Program-made: the position numbers and the translations under genes
The notes under the pieces: model-generated
Database searches by the model: none
What the model was told of the DNA's origin: nothing
The model's input: only the letters and a program-made list of their open reading frames with translations
Shown: positions 50,301 through 61,800 of the stretch, piece by piece
Position numbering within the stretch: the first letter of the stretch is position 1
Layout of the letters: each line of letters opens with the position of its first letter
Origin: Saccostrea echinata
Taxonomy: Eukaryota
Length of the DNA: 64,000 nt
Direction of reading: 5' to 3'
NCBI RefSeq assembly: GCF_033153115.1
Contig: NW_026889758.1
Span: 49,166,001-49,230,000 of the forward strand

Positions 50301-53137
50301 GGGAAATGGAGGTGTCAATTCAAACTTTGTATGAACAGAAAAGGCATGCTTCATACATGGAATTTTGATGGGCTTCTGCTTTTTGTCTTCATCTAAATTG
50401 CAAAAAAAAAATTCTTTTACTTTACATTGATATACATCAGTGTATAACTGTATCTTTAAAACATTTATTCCCCCTTTCCTTCCCTCTTGCCACCATTTCA
50501 AGTCCCAAAAGTATAACTTGATGTGTGAGTATATATGTTACCTAAAAGAAGTAAAATAAACCTGCTTAAAACATAAATAAGTGGTTTTATAATTCCCTTT
50601 TAATTTGGCAAATTCTAGAGAAAATAATACTGAATGAAACACACTTTTATAGCAAAGTTTAAAAACCTCACTGCAGAGGGATGCTTGCAAATTAATTTGA
50701 TAATTTATATCTCAATTTTTCCTCTCTGTTGACAACCTGCCCCCATCTAATTCATTTGAAATATTGTACAATATATTTTAATCAATGGTTTGACCTCGGT
50801 ATGGGTCCAAAAGGCCATGATATGAAGACAACCTGACATCCATATATTGAAGATGCCATAGATGCTGCTGTAAAATCTATTTCTGATCCAGTGATATAAA
50901 AGAAGAATATATATGTATGTAAATGGTGATATATATGTATGTAAATGGTGATAGCAAAAAAGAATATAAATGACCACTTCTTATTTCTTGATCAGCTTTT
51001 GTTCATAAAAGGGCATGCAGTTCCCTTTCCCTAAGGCTGAAATTATACGCCCCCTCCACGATACGGTATGTATCGCGATACTTGTGTCACAATTCAATTT
51101 TTTCAATATGATTCATTTTAAAAAAGAAACAAATCATAAGATTAAAGAAAACATGTATTCAGATTTCAAAAGGCAAGTAAAAGGTGGTGATACAATAAAA
51201 AGCACTACTTGTGCTTCTGTAGATTGAAAGAGCACTTTGTTCGTGTCAATACTAGCAGTGGCAGCCTGCTCTGAAACTTTCTCCGTCTCAATTTTTCTCC
51301 CTCATCTGTGTCAAACTATTAAAATGAAGTCGAACTGTATCTATTTCAAGGAGTAACCAAACCCGATTTTAAAAAAAATGTACCCAACTGAAAATCGAGA
51401 TAGTGAATCTAACATTGAACCGAGCAGTAATATTGAACAATATCGATATTTCGGTGAATCGTTTCAGCCCTACCTTTCCCTATATATTGTTGAAACCAAA
51501 CTGGGAAGAAACATCACACATGTACACAGACAAACTTTGAAAAGGTATCAGATCTAACAAGCCTTACACTGCTAGAATATTGGATCAGAATCAACTGTAT
51601 AGTTAATGTAATAATTCTAGCTACAAAATTATTTGCCTGAAATACATTTTATTTTTAATTTATACCTGGGGAAATAATCTGACAGAATTTACAATGCTGG
51701 AGTGGAGGTACAGATGTAATGGTCATATAACATGAGGAACATCCATCTTGTGTTTGGCTCGGGAGACTGAAACAAAACAGAAATATTTAGTCACCTTTCT
51801 TTTTCAAAAACAAATAAAAGTGTAATTCACCATTCAATACATGTGCATTCATTTTCGTCTATTGTAGATTTACAAAGTTTAAAGATAATATGCATGTTTA
51901 AAAAAACCTGCCAACAAAATATTGTACATGTTAAATATAAGAAATTTGATAAAAATATACTACAAATCGTTCAAATTTGCTGATGCTAACCTGTGTCCAA
52001 ATATCAGGACCTTACACTGGTCTGATGGCCACTCACAAAAAGAAATGTACAGGTCCACGGTTAATTCCTCTTCTCCAAACAACTTGATTTCTGACACCTA
52101 CAAACGAAAATGGAAAATTTATGAAATGTATTTGATTATCTTCTGCTTGTACATGTAAATAATTTTGTTTGCTTGTCTCCAATTTGTATGTACAATAACC
52201 AATATTTATTCATAACATTTTTATGCCTTTTATTTACAAATTGCCGATAGAAACAAGTTCATGACTACTTATATTTATGGCAGAGTCTTCATGCTTGAGA
52301 AATGTCAATTACTTAAATAAGTCAGTTGTTGTTTTTTATTTAATTGTCTATTTCCTCTGTTCAATGGTTGGAATCACTTAAACAAGAGGCCCAAAGCCTT
52401 AACGGTCTTCATCCATAGAGTATAAAATAAACTGATAGATGAAGCTTTGTTGCTCAAAAGCAAGAGAAGTAAGAAGATCAGGATCAACAAAATAGTTAGT
52501 CTAATATACAGTAACAACTCATAAATTAAATTCTAATCTGTCCCCCACTTATCTCTAAATTCCCTATCACCATGCAGACTGTAAATTCCCTATCACCATG
52601 CAGACTGTAAACAAACTATCAGTGCTTCTGCACTACATGTATTTTAACCCCATATTGTAACCTCTCATATTGACCTCTCTTAATCTTTGAAGAACATTTA
52701 ATAAGATGCATGTAAGTTATTTTTGTCCATTTTTTTAATTATCAAAGGTGAATGGAAAAGGGGAATAACTTCTCAGTAGAATACAAATTAAGAGCCCTGC
52801 CCAGGACCAAATGGTCCAGATGTTCAAAAATCTGATAAAAATACCCTAAGGGCTTGCTTATTAAAACTTTCACTCAATTTGCCTCTGATATACCCAGAAA
52901 CAGGGAAGAATTTCACAGGTACAATGCATTTTCACTTCATATTCAACACAGCCCTACCCGAACACCAGAACCCATGAGCCAGGGTCAAGAAATTTACAAA
53001 TTTGGAAGAGTTACCCTCATCATCATAACTATGCACTTCAAAGAATTAACACATTTCCACTATATTATCTGGTTCCAAAGACGAAGCTGAAAATGCTTAA
53101 AAGTTTATCGCCAACGAACGATGACAGATGAAAAGAG

Positions 53138-53177
<40 letters not shown>

Positions 53178-56100
53178 TTGATAGACAAACAGATGGACAA
53201 AGTGAATACTGTTGCATAGCTGCATTTGGAAGGTGCAGCTATTTGTATTTGCACACTTTTCACAGTATATTAATACAATTTATTACATTTCCAACAGTGA
53301 AATACTAAAATATATCCATTGAATAAAATTGAAGTTTTCACAATTGTGTTATTTGCACTGTTAAAATAACAAGTGCTATTTTCACAGTAAAATAACGAAG
53401 TTGCAGTAAACCTCTCCTTCCCTTCCAAAAAAGTGATAAAGAAAACATTTATTGGATATAAGAGTGAATAAACATTCTGATACTGTCTAAATCTGCCACA
53501 CTATCTCTAAATTGTTTTTAAAATCACTGATAACAATTTTCAATCTTAAGATCACTAAGCTAAGTCATCTCATAACCCCTCAGGTATGACATCATAGCCT
53601 GCACAAATGCCTTGCGAAAAAGACAATGGGCGATAGGGGCAAAAAAAAAGGAAATCCAAAGAAACTGTTATAAACTAAAAATTCAATGTTTTGTATTTGG
53701 ATATGAAATTTTTTTACCCATAACAACTTACTCACTTACTGCCCGTGACGCCTTTGGCATACAGGGCTACCCACAACAACAGCATTTGTTAAAATATATT
53801 TTCATTTGTGCTTTGCATTCGTGAAAATAAAAAAAAATCCTGTCCCACAGTCCACACATGAATTACATTTCAAGCCCAAATACAAAACACTGAATATCCT
53901 CTATTTTTATGCAATACATGTATATACCAATTATTTTTCCACAACATGAGTATAACACTACACAAATCTAAGAAGTTGTCCAAAGGCACATGAAATAATA
54001 CCTTTTGTAATGGCTGATTGGGTACAAACCACCACCACTGCAGTCTGTATTCATATGTACACACTGGCAGCACAGATTGGTGATCAGCATCCATAGATGT
54101 TGTGTAGCTCACAACAAACTGTCCACATTTTGTGAATCCCAGAAACACATGCCTAAAAAGAAATTTGAATAAAAACTCAGTAGGACACATTTTTCCTGTA
54201 TACTGTGTGTAGCATATTTTGCTGTGACTTGATCTTTCAAAGGTATGTTCAATCGATTCTGATTTTCTTGCATCAGATTAGTTTTATTATAGAATGCAAT
54301 ATTCAAACAGTATTATAACTAGAAACTCATTACTAGTAATGAGAAGGTCTTCCGTTATACTACTTCCTGTTTGCATAAACATGTCTTTTCCAACGTCGGT
54401 ATAAGCCTAAAACTGATGTAGAAACAAAATAACTTAAAAAAATTACTTTTTTCTTCATTTCCTGTCACGACCGGAAGTAATGACGACAGACGATTTTTAC
54501 ATGATGCAAATGAACTGATGACTGACTATAAGTCCTGAAAGTTTTAGACTTCAGTCTTTTACTCTTACCGAGCAATTGTGAGAACACATTCTAATTTTGG
54601 GGACAGGAAAACACACGACCGGAAGTGAATTGAATAAAAATCTCTGAATTTTCTCATGACATTTGTAGTATCTACAGCATATGTATAAAAAAAACATTTC
54701 AAATACTTATCTTTAAGTGATATTTATGAGAAAGCTAAACATCGAAATAACGTAGTTTATCTCTTTGAACCGGAAGTTTACAGTTTTTGTTTCCGGTGGA
54801 ATCTAACATATTTCAAAACACGAAAGAGATGCAACAAAGTGATGCAAGTTATAATTTTATAAAGAAAAGTTGAAATTTTCGATTTTTTGATCACTTCCTG
54901 TGACGACCGGAAGTGACGGCTGACGCGTCTAACCCTATGTGTTTTGCCTACTCCTCAAGGTCTATTACTCATTTAAGTTTGGTGTCTTAATCTCATGCCG
55001 TTTCCGAGATCTCGCTGAGATAACTTTTCATTTTGAGGACAGGAAAAACACGCGACCGGAAGTGAATTTTACTAAGATTTTTGACGTTACTCTAGACATT
55101 TGCAGTCTGAATAACATATCTAGAAATCTTTTCAAATACTTTATCTACAAAAGATATTTAAGGGAAAGTAAAATACTCAAATTATGTAGTTTTCCTCTTC
55201 TAACCGGAAGTTGTCGTTTTTGTTTCCGGTGGGACTGACATATTTCGAAACTACACATAAGATGCAATAATGTGATGCAAAAAAAAATTCAAAAAAGAAA
55301 AGTTGAAATTTTCGATTTCTTTGATCACTTCCTGTGACGACCGGAAGTGACGGCTGACACGCTTAACCCAAATGGGCTCGCCTACTCCTCATGATCTATT
55401 ACTCGTATAAGTTTGGTGTCTTAATCTCTAACCGTTTCTGAGATCTCACTCGGAAAAAATATTTTTGAAAAAAACGGAAATCGGACATATCTGACGACCG
55501 GAAGTGAATTTTGAAAAAATGAAAAAAACGCCTCGGGGTATTTTCATTCTCTATCAACCCTGAAAATTTCAGGAAAATCCGTCCAGTCATCTCTGAGAAA
55601 TCCTGCCGACAAAAAAAGGGGAAAAAAAAAAAATAATAATAATAAACAGTACAATCACTATAAGGTCTTCCGTCTGGAACGGAAGACCTTAATTATTGTT
55701 AATAGAGCATGACATCTTTGATAAAACCATATTAGATATATTTATATTAAAATTGCAATACTTTGTATTGTCTGACCCCTCATTAAATTTATCCTACCCA
55801 TCTCAAAATGAATAAATGAATTATGACTGTTAATAAAGAAAAGGTTTCAGTATATACCATTACAATTTTTTTGAAAAATAAAATTTGTTCAAATGCTTCG
55901 AATACATTTTTAGTACTGTTAATACGTGTGTGCATGTTTTTATATACATTTATAAAACACTGAATCCAATCAAAAATAAATTTACTGCAAAATGTATATG
56001 AATGAAATTTTTAACTTAATGTCTTCTAGTGTACGATGATTTTTTTCCCCTTACCCCTCCTCCAGTGCCTCCTCTGACACCAAAGATGGAAGCCTAAAAC

Positions 56101-58585
56101 ACAATCTGTTTGGAATTTTATTGAAGAACTGGCACTGTCTCTGTCTCCTGTGCTGTTTTATTGTTCCCCTGGTCTGTTTTAAAAAAAATATAAAATTAAC
56201 CTTTAGTATTTCAGCTGTACACAATAAATTGTGCAAATTTTTAATTTAAGAAAGCTTAATCTATGAGGTGTCGTTTTGTTATTTACTGCCATTAAGTGAT
56301 ATCACCTATTTAAATAGGTGATAACACCTAATCGAATAAGTGATATCACCTATTCAGATTCTGAATTGGTGATATCACTTATTCAAATAGTTGATATCGC
56401 TTATTCGAATAGGTGATATCACCTATTCTTTTTGAATTGGTGATATCACTTATTCAATTCAAATATGTGATATCACCTATTCAAATTATTTATGAAATAA
56501 TAACTGCTCTGAAGACTATAGGGTTAGTCTTGTCCCATGATCCCTTGCACTTTGTTATTGACAACTACTGAACAAAAATAATTATAACAGAGAGAAACTA
56601 TCAAGAAATATAGCAAAACTAGCACTGCAAGTAAAAATTTATAAAATTCATATAACTTTACAAGGATCGATAACATAAGGTATTTAAAATATCTCAGACT
56701 AAAACACAGGGTAAAACTGGGCAGCCCGAACTTGCTAGGGGCAAATGGAAATCTAGATAGCCTTGAAGAAGGGAGCATTCATTATTTAATGCTGTAAGAA
56801 ATGCAAATAGGTGATATCAGCTATTCGAATTTGTGATATCACTCATTCAAATTGAATGAGTGATATTCGATATCAGCTCGAATAGGTGATATTACCTGTT
56901 CAATTTGAATGAGTGATATCACTTTTTCGAATAGGTTATATCACCTTTTCGAATAGGTGATATCACCTTTCGAATAGGTGATATTATATAAATAGTGCAC
57001 GTTTTTGAGGGTAACAGTTGAAATTGACACCCCAAGGAAAACCATTGTCAACCGACGCGTCAGCGGAGGTTGACAATGGTTTTCCGAGGGGTGTCAATTT
57101 CAACTGTTACCCTCAAAAACGTGCACTATTTATTTTATTATACTGAATGTCTTATTGATTTCGGATGTCATAAAAAAAAAATCGGAGATCGTCGTTAAGT
57201 TCACGCTTAGAAAGCTTTCAAACTCCCCGCTTCTATTTTTCTCAATAAGAAAGCTTCGGAAAAGATTTACCAACCTCTCTATTGTTTGTTTGCTACTCAA
57301 AAAGTCCTTTATCATCTAAAGTTTGCACTCGCAAGGATGTTTTGTCTGTCGTTTGTTGTTTTCAAGTAAGCTACATCGGACGCAAGCTTTTATTGACGTC
57401 GTTTATTCGGCTTCTTTCAAACGCACAACCGACGTTTTGAGAATTCTACGGTGAACCGTACGCGCATGATTTGAACGCATGTGATATTTTCGTAATGTTA
57501 CCCGTTGTCAAGTGTGTTGCTAACGCTGAGGGTAACATTACGGATTGTTAAATGCGTCTAAACCAATCAGATTTTAGTATTTAACATGAAAGTATAATAA
57601 CACTAAATAGCAATAAACACCAAAACAGTGCCTCATATTAATCTATTTTCAACTTCCAGTCAACAAAGGACATAAGGGTCAGAATCCTGTCCAACTTAAA
57701 CTTGATTTGCAACAAGGGTACCAGAAGTTAATGAATAGTATAATACATGCATGTATCTTTGTTAACTTCCAGTGCCCATGATCTGCAACTCTGTTACATG
57801 CAACCTTATGGGAGACCAATAATTTAGGATCAAAATGACTTAATATTTATGAAACAATTAATAGTGAAACAGAATTGGTTTTATCAATTAGTTTTTCTAA
57901 AAACATTGGACATACATTAATTTCTAATTCATATAACACTGGGGCTTATATAAACTGATCCAAACATTCTGTAGCTGAAATTGCAGCAACTTAAACCTTG
58001 ACTGGTACAATGTAATGTACTAGAAGAATCATTCATTCATCTCTGATTAATATAGGGCATAGAAGTACTTGAAAAGAAATCTGCTCCAAAAACTTTAACC
58101 TGGGATGCCAATGCCGAAGGTTTTACCTAAATTCCCCCCAACTTCATTAAGGTGAGCAGTAGTAAACACAAGTGACAGACACTTGTACAAACAGAGACAA
58201 TATCTTTAATCCCACAAATAGGAGGCAGATAATTTGGTATCTAAATGACTTATCTAATCAACCGCTGCATAGTGAGTAGTGCTTTCTCTTAATCTGTATG
58301 GAAATCCCCTTGATTTGGTATTTGAGCCGAGATGCATACATGATAATCAATTGTATCCACCAAATATTTGATTGTAGGAATATTTTACTCGTTCTTTTTC
58401 TAATTTTTTGAAAAATGATATACGATTGATTCTCTTAATGTCATGTGGCCACAATGATATTCTACAGTTATAGACTTTTATGCACCACCCACTAGATCTA
58501 TTCAGAACATACACAAATTGAAAATAATTGTAAAGTAATCAACCTCTCTATTGTACAGCTTTTTTAGTATACTGCAAGACATCAT
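44359..58585 (-). CDS. DCAF15: DDB1- and CUL4-associated factor 15, 747 aa, 13 exons
   Basis: Exons 58585-58544, 56173-56055, 54152-54002, 52097-51991, 51766-51666, 50392-49289, 49037-48940, 48509-48384, 47923-47832, 47518-47460, 45733-45658, 45407-45295 and 44414-44359 total 2244 nt, all GT-AG and in frame. Motifs GHVFLGFTKCGQFVVSY, LFGEEE..DLY...CEWPSD, CMKH.F.VHTK, QMTFDVE...WGH and RYVN.LSNE match DCAF15 as recalled. Confidence 0.92.
46516..47302 (-). mobile_element. HINE, same family as 21809-23222, well preserved
   Basis: AACAAGAGGCCCATGGGCCAC..GCTCACCTGAG at one end and AGCTCACTTGAGCTTTCAGCTCAGGTGAGCTAA at the other, with three ~150-170-bp internal repeats. Confidence 0.88.
51032..51472. 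mobile_element. hAT-type MITE
   Basis: TIR TAAGGCTGAAA/TTTCAGCCCTA with a perfect 8-bp TSD CCTTTCCC (51024-51031 and 51473-51480). Confidence 0.85.
52381..53174 (-). mobile_element. HINE, degenerate, related to 1-1182
   Basis: AACAAGAGGCCCAAAGCCTTAACGGTC at one end; palindromic head TAGGTCACCTGAGTGACTCAGGTGACCTA at the other. Confidence 0.75.
54317..55692 (-). mobile_element. HINE with a ~435-bp internal tandem repeat rich in CCGGAAGT
   Basis: AACTAG plus hairpin CTCATTACTAGTAATGAG and AAGGTCTTCCG; terminal palindrome TAAGGTCTTCCG..CGGAAGACCTTA. Repeat anchors at ~54460, 54892 and 55326. Confidence 0.8.
56262..57637. mobile_element. IS3EU-like non-autonomous DNA transposon with palindromic subterminal arrays
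   Basis: TIRs TATGAGGTGTCGTTTTG / CAAAACAGTGCCTCATA with a perfect 6-bp TSD TTAATC (56256-56261 and 57638-57643). Arrays of GTGATATCAC palindromes at 56296-56482 and ~56805-56984. Confidence 0.78.
56985..57600. mobile_element. Long-hairpin non-autonomous element without TSD (Crypton-like), nested
   Basis: Near-perfect hairpin at 56988-57133 (~66-bp arms) and short inverted repeat TTATTATACT/AGTATAATAA. Removing the element rejoins the host motif GTGATAT|CAC. Confidence 0.72.
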
Positions 58586-58811
58586 TTAAGTTCTATAAAT
58601 TCATTTTCAAAAAAAAATCTTTGTGTCGTCTGAGCGCTTTCGGATTGCTTCAATGTTAGTCAGACGCATCAAATAACATCAAGAAAATCATCCCTTAACT
58701 AAACGCATAACCAACACAGACTCTAAGGATTTAAATTGACGATTAGAAATCGGACCAGTTTCCGGAATCACACGTTAGTATGTCCACAAACTGAAAGGTC
58801 ATTTATGAAAC
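58586..58811. promoter_or_regulatory. Candidate bidirectional promoter shared by DCAF15 and NDUFAF3
   Basis: 226 bp between divergent start codons; locally CpG-rich; palindromic ETS-like TTCCGGAA at ~58760. Confidence 0.65.
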
Positions 58812-61800
58812 ATGTCTCGTTCAAGGTTTGGTTTGCTATGCAGAAAAGTCCTCACAAATCACATGAGGTGGGTACATAATTTCAATATGATATGATAAAA
58901 TCGAAGTTTGAGTTACACGAAGACTCATTACATAATGTAAAACAATTTTAAAAAAATCTTCCACATACTTCATTGTACTTTTAACTACTTTTAAATTTTA
59001 GTTATATAATTTCTTTTGGTAAATATTTACCAGACTCTTCTGCACCACTAGAAAAGCTACTGCTAGTTCACTAGCGAGGCAGTTTAAGCTTACAGTCTCC
59101 CACTTCGCACAGGTCCTCTCTGAGAAGGTAGTATGGAGCCTTTTCAGTAATGGCAACCTATGCCATCCATGGATGTTAAGTACGTTAATGGACACAAAGT
59201 CCTTGCCCAAGATTCTTTCTTGAAGCAGGTCTCCAAACATTAGTAGAGTCAGTAATGCTGCCACCAGTGTAATGTGAAGCGATCACCCATCCAAGGGACC
59301 AGGGCTTATTCAGGTTTGCTGCATGTAGCCTAACTGGAGAGTCTACAGTGCTGCATTACTGGAAGAGCTAGCTCACTGGCTAGGCAGTATACATTCCTAT
59401 ATATTGTCCGCTACACAATCATAGATATGTCCCAATTGTTCTAATGTTTAGTAATGTGGCTTGTAATGTAGACATGTCATAAGTTAATAGAATGCCACTG
59501 CTAAATCCAATCTTTGTATCGGGAAAGGGAGAAAGTGTGTAAGATCAGATCGGGATTCGAACCTGCATTCCCTGAACTCTAGACAATTGCTTTACCAACT
59601 GAGCTACTTGGCTATTCATGATCAAAACCTGCCTGAGTGACCACCACCATCCTCTCTCCCTAAATGTCTGTCCTTGAAGACACACACGCAGGGTCTTCCC
59701 CAGCAGGTCTTTTGCCTGTCACTTCCAGGGCATTGCATAGCACCAAATGTAACAGAGAAGGAGGAATAAATGAACACATAATGAAAAGTTATGGTTTTAA
59801 CTAGAATTGAACCAGGGACCCCTGCATTACTATTCAGGTGCTATGCCACTTTACCATTAAGGCAAATATCCATGGTACCATAAATACTGTGGAATCATCA
59901 ATGTTCATGGGGGATCAATGTTTGTGGATATCGTAGGTCACCCTTACGAATTTACATCCCCACAAATAACTATTTTGTCAATGGATATCGTGGGTCACCC
60001 TTATCCACAAATTTACATCCCCACAAATAACTATTTTGTCAATGTATTTATTCAGTGAACTTTTGTATACCGTATACAAGTTACCCATAAAATTATGTCC
60101 CCACGAACCAACAAAATTTTACTTACCCACAAACATTGACCCCCCACAAATTGAAATGATTCCACAGTATAGCCTAACTTACAACATCTGTTATACAGTA
60201 CTTATAAAAGTTTAAAAATTTATATCCTTTAATTTTGTTAAAGGTGGGCTATAATGGTCAAAGCCAAAACTCGATCATTATTTATATTACAACACACCAA
60301 AGTTTATCTTCGTGTGTGTGAGGCAGGTGTGTGCAAGGCAGGTGTGTGCACTACTGGGCAAATAACACGGTTGGTAGAGCATTGTCTAGAGTTCAGTTAG
60401 CCCGGAGTTCAAATCCTGGTCTTGTTGATTGCATTTTCTCCAGTTACATGTGTGGCGGTCTTCGGGTTTAATCGGCAGTGGTCAAATAGCTTTGATATAC
60501 CCGGTAGCACCTGACTGGAGATTCAGGGGGCCCGGTTTTGAATCCCGATCTGGTCTGTCACATTTTTCTCCTCTCGTGTGACATTTTATGTGCCATGCCC
60601 TGGAAGTGACAGATGAAAGACCTGTCAGTGAAGAGCCTGGGTTGGTGTCTTTGCGGTCAAAGACTTTTAAGGAGGGAGGAATTTGGTGGTCAGATGGGTT
60701 CAATCGCTGGTGGGCAGATAGCTCAGTTGGTAGAGCACCTGACTGGAGATTCAGGGGGCCCGGGATTGAATCCTGGACTGGTCCATCACATTTTTCTTCT
60801 CTCCTGTTACACATGTGGTGATGTGACCATGCCCAGGAAGTGACAGGTCTGTGAGGGATAAACCTAGATTGATATATTCAGTGAGCAAATATATGGGGGG
60901 GGGGGGGGGAATGCAGTAGGCAGGCAGGTTTGTCATTAGATGCTAAGATAGCACCTATCTAGATTTATGGTGCACATGATTAAAACGTTATGTATCTTAT
61001 TTATCCATTAGTAGTCATTTAGTGGATCTTTAGGAATATGGAAATAGTAAAAGATACTTATCTATTGCATTTGATTGAAACAATTCTCATTTTATAAAGG
61101 TAACACAGTATAAATCAAATCCAAAATCTTATGCAACAATACAACAGTGTATATTGTTATATTAACTACATTGTCAAGGAATATTTTATTCTGATCAGTC
61201 TTTCAAGAGAAATATTAAGAAATCGAAGAAATTGTAACAAAATTTATTGAAGGTCTTTTTACATCTCTATTTGTAGGAGGTGTGCCCGATGGGATCAGTC
61301 AAGTGCAGCCAACGTGGCCAAAGTGACCCTGAATCAGTTAAGTGATCACCTGGAGGACCAGATCATGATTAAAACCATCAGTAAATCAAGCTTTGTTCTA
61401 CACAATGACAATATCAGGATTATAGGACCCACAGTGTTCTTCCCAAGAGAGGTTCTACACTGGAATGTATGTTGCTAATTCTTGATTTTGATGTTTGATA
61501 TGTAAATTTACAATGTTTATGTTAGAATTCAACAAAGAGGGTATTGTAAAGGGTGTGATCCAATCCAGCAACATGCCTGACTTTCAAAAATTCATATAAA
61601 CACATATATTGATTTACTTTTCATTGTCTTTATTCTTAATTAAGATATTTTACCATTTCTGTATTGCATATATTATAAGGAAGCATTTACTAGTTTGTGG
61701 TAATCTTATATGACTGAATTAATTTTTTTTAAATATATTACAAATATAAAATATTTGTGATTTTTTTCTTTGACAGGTTAAAGGTATTGAGGATATAAAT

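Noticed and set aside
52556-52612. 26-bp direct duplication TAAATTCCCTATCACCATGCAGACTG
   Set aside because: Ordinary slippage duplication inside a decayed HINE.
59030-59417. GC-richer intronic block that could be an exon or a solo LTR
   Set aside because: No convincing splice-compatible frame, paired termini or TSD could be established by eye.
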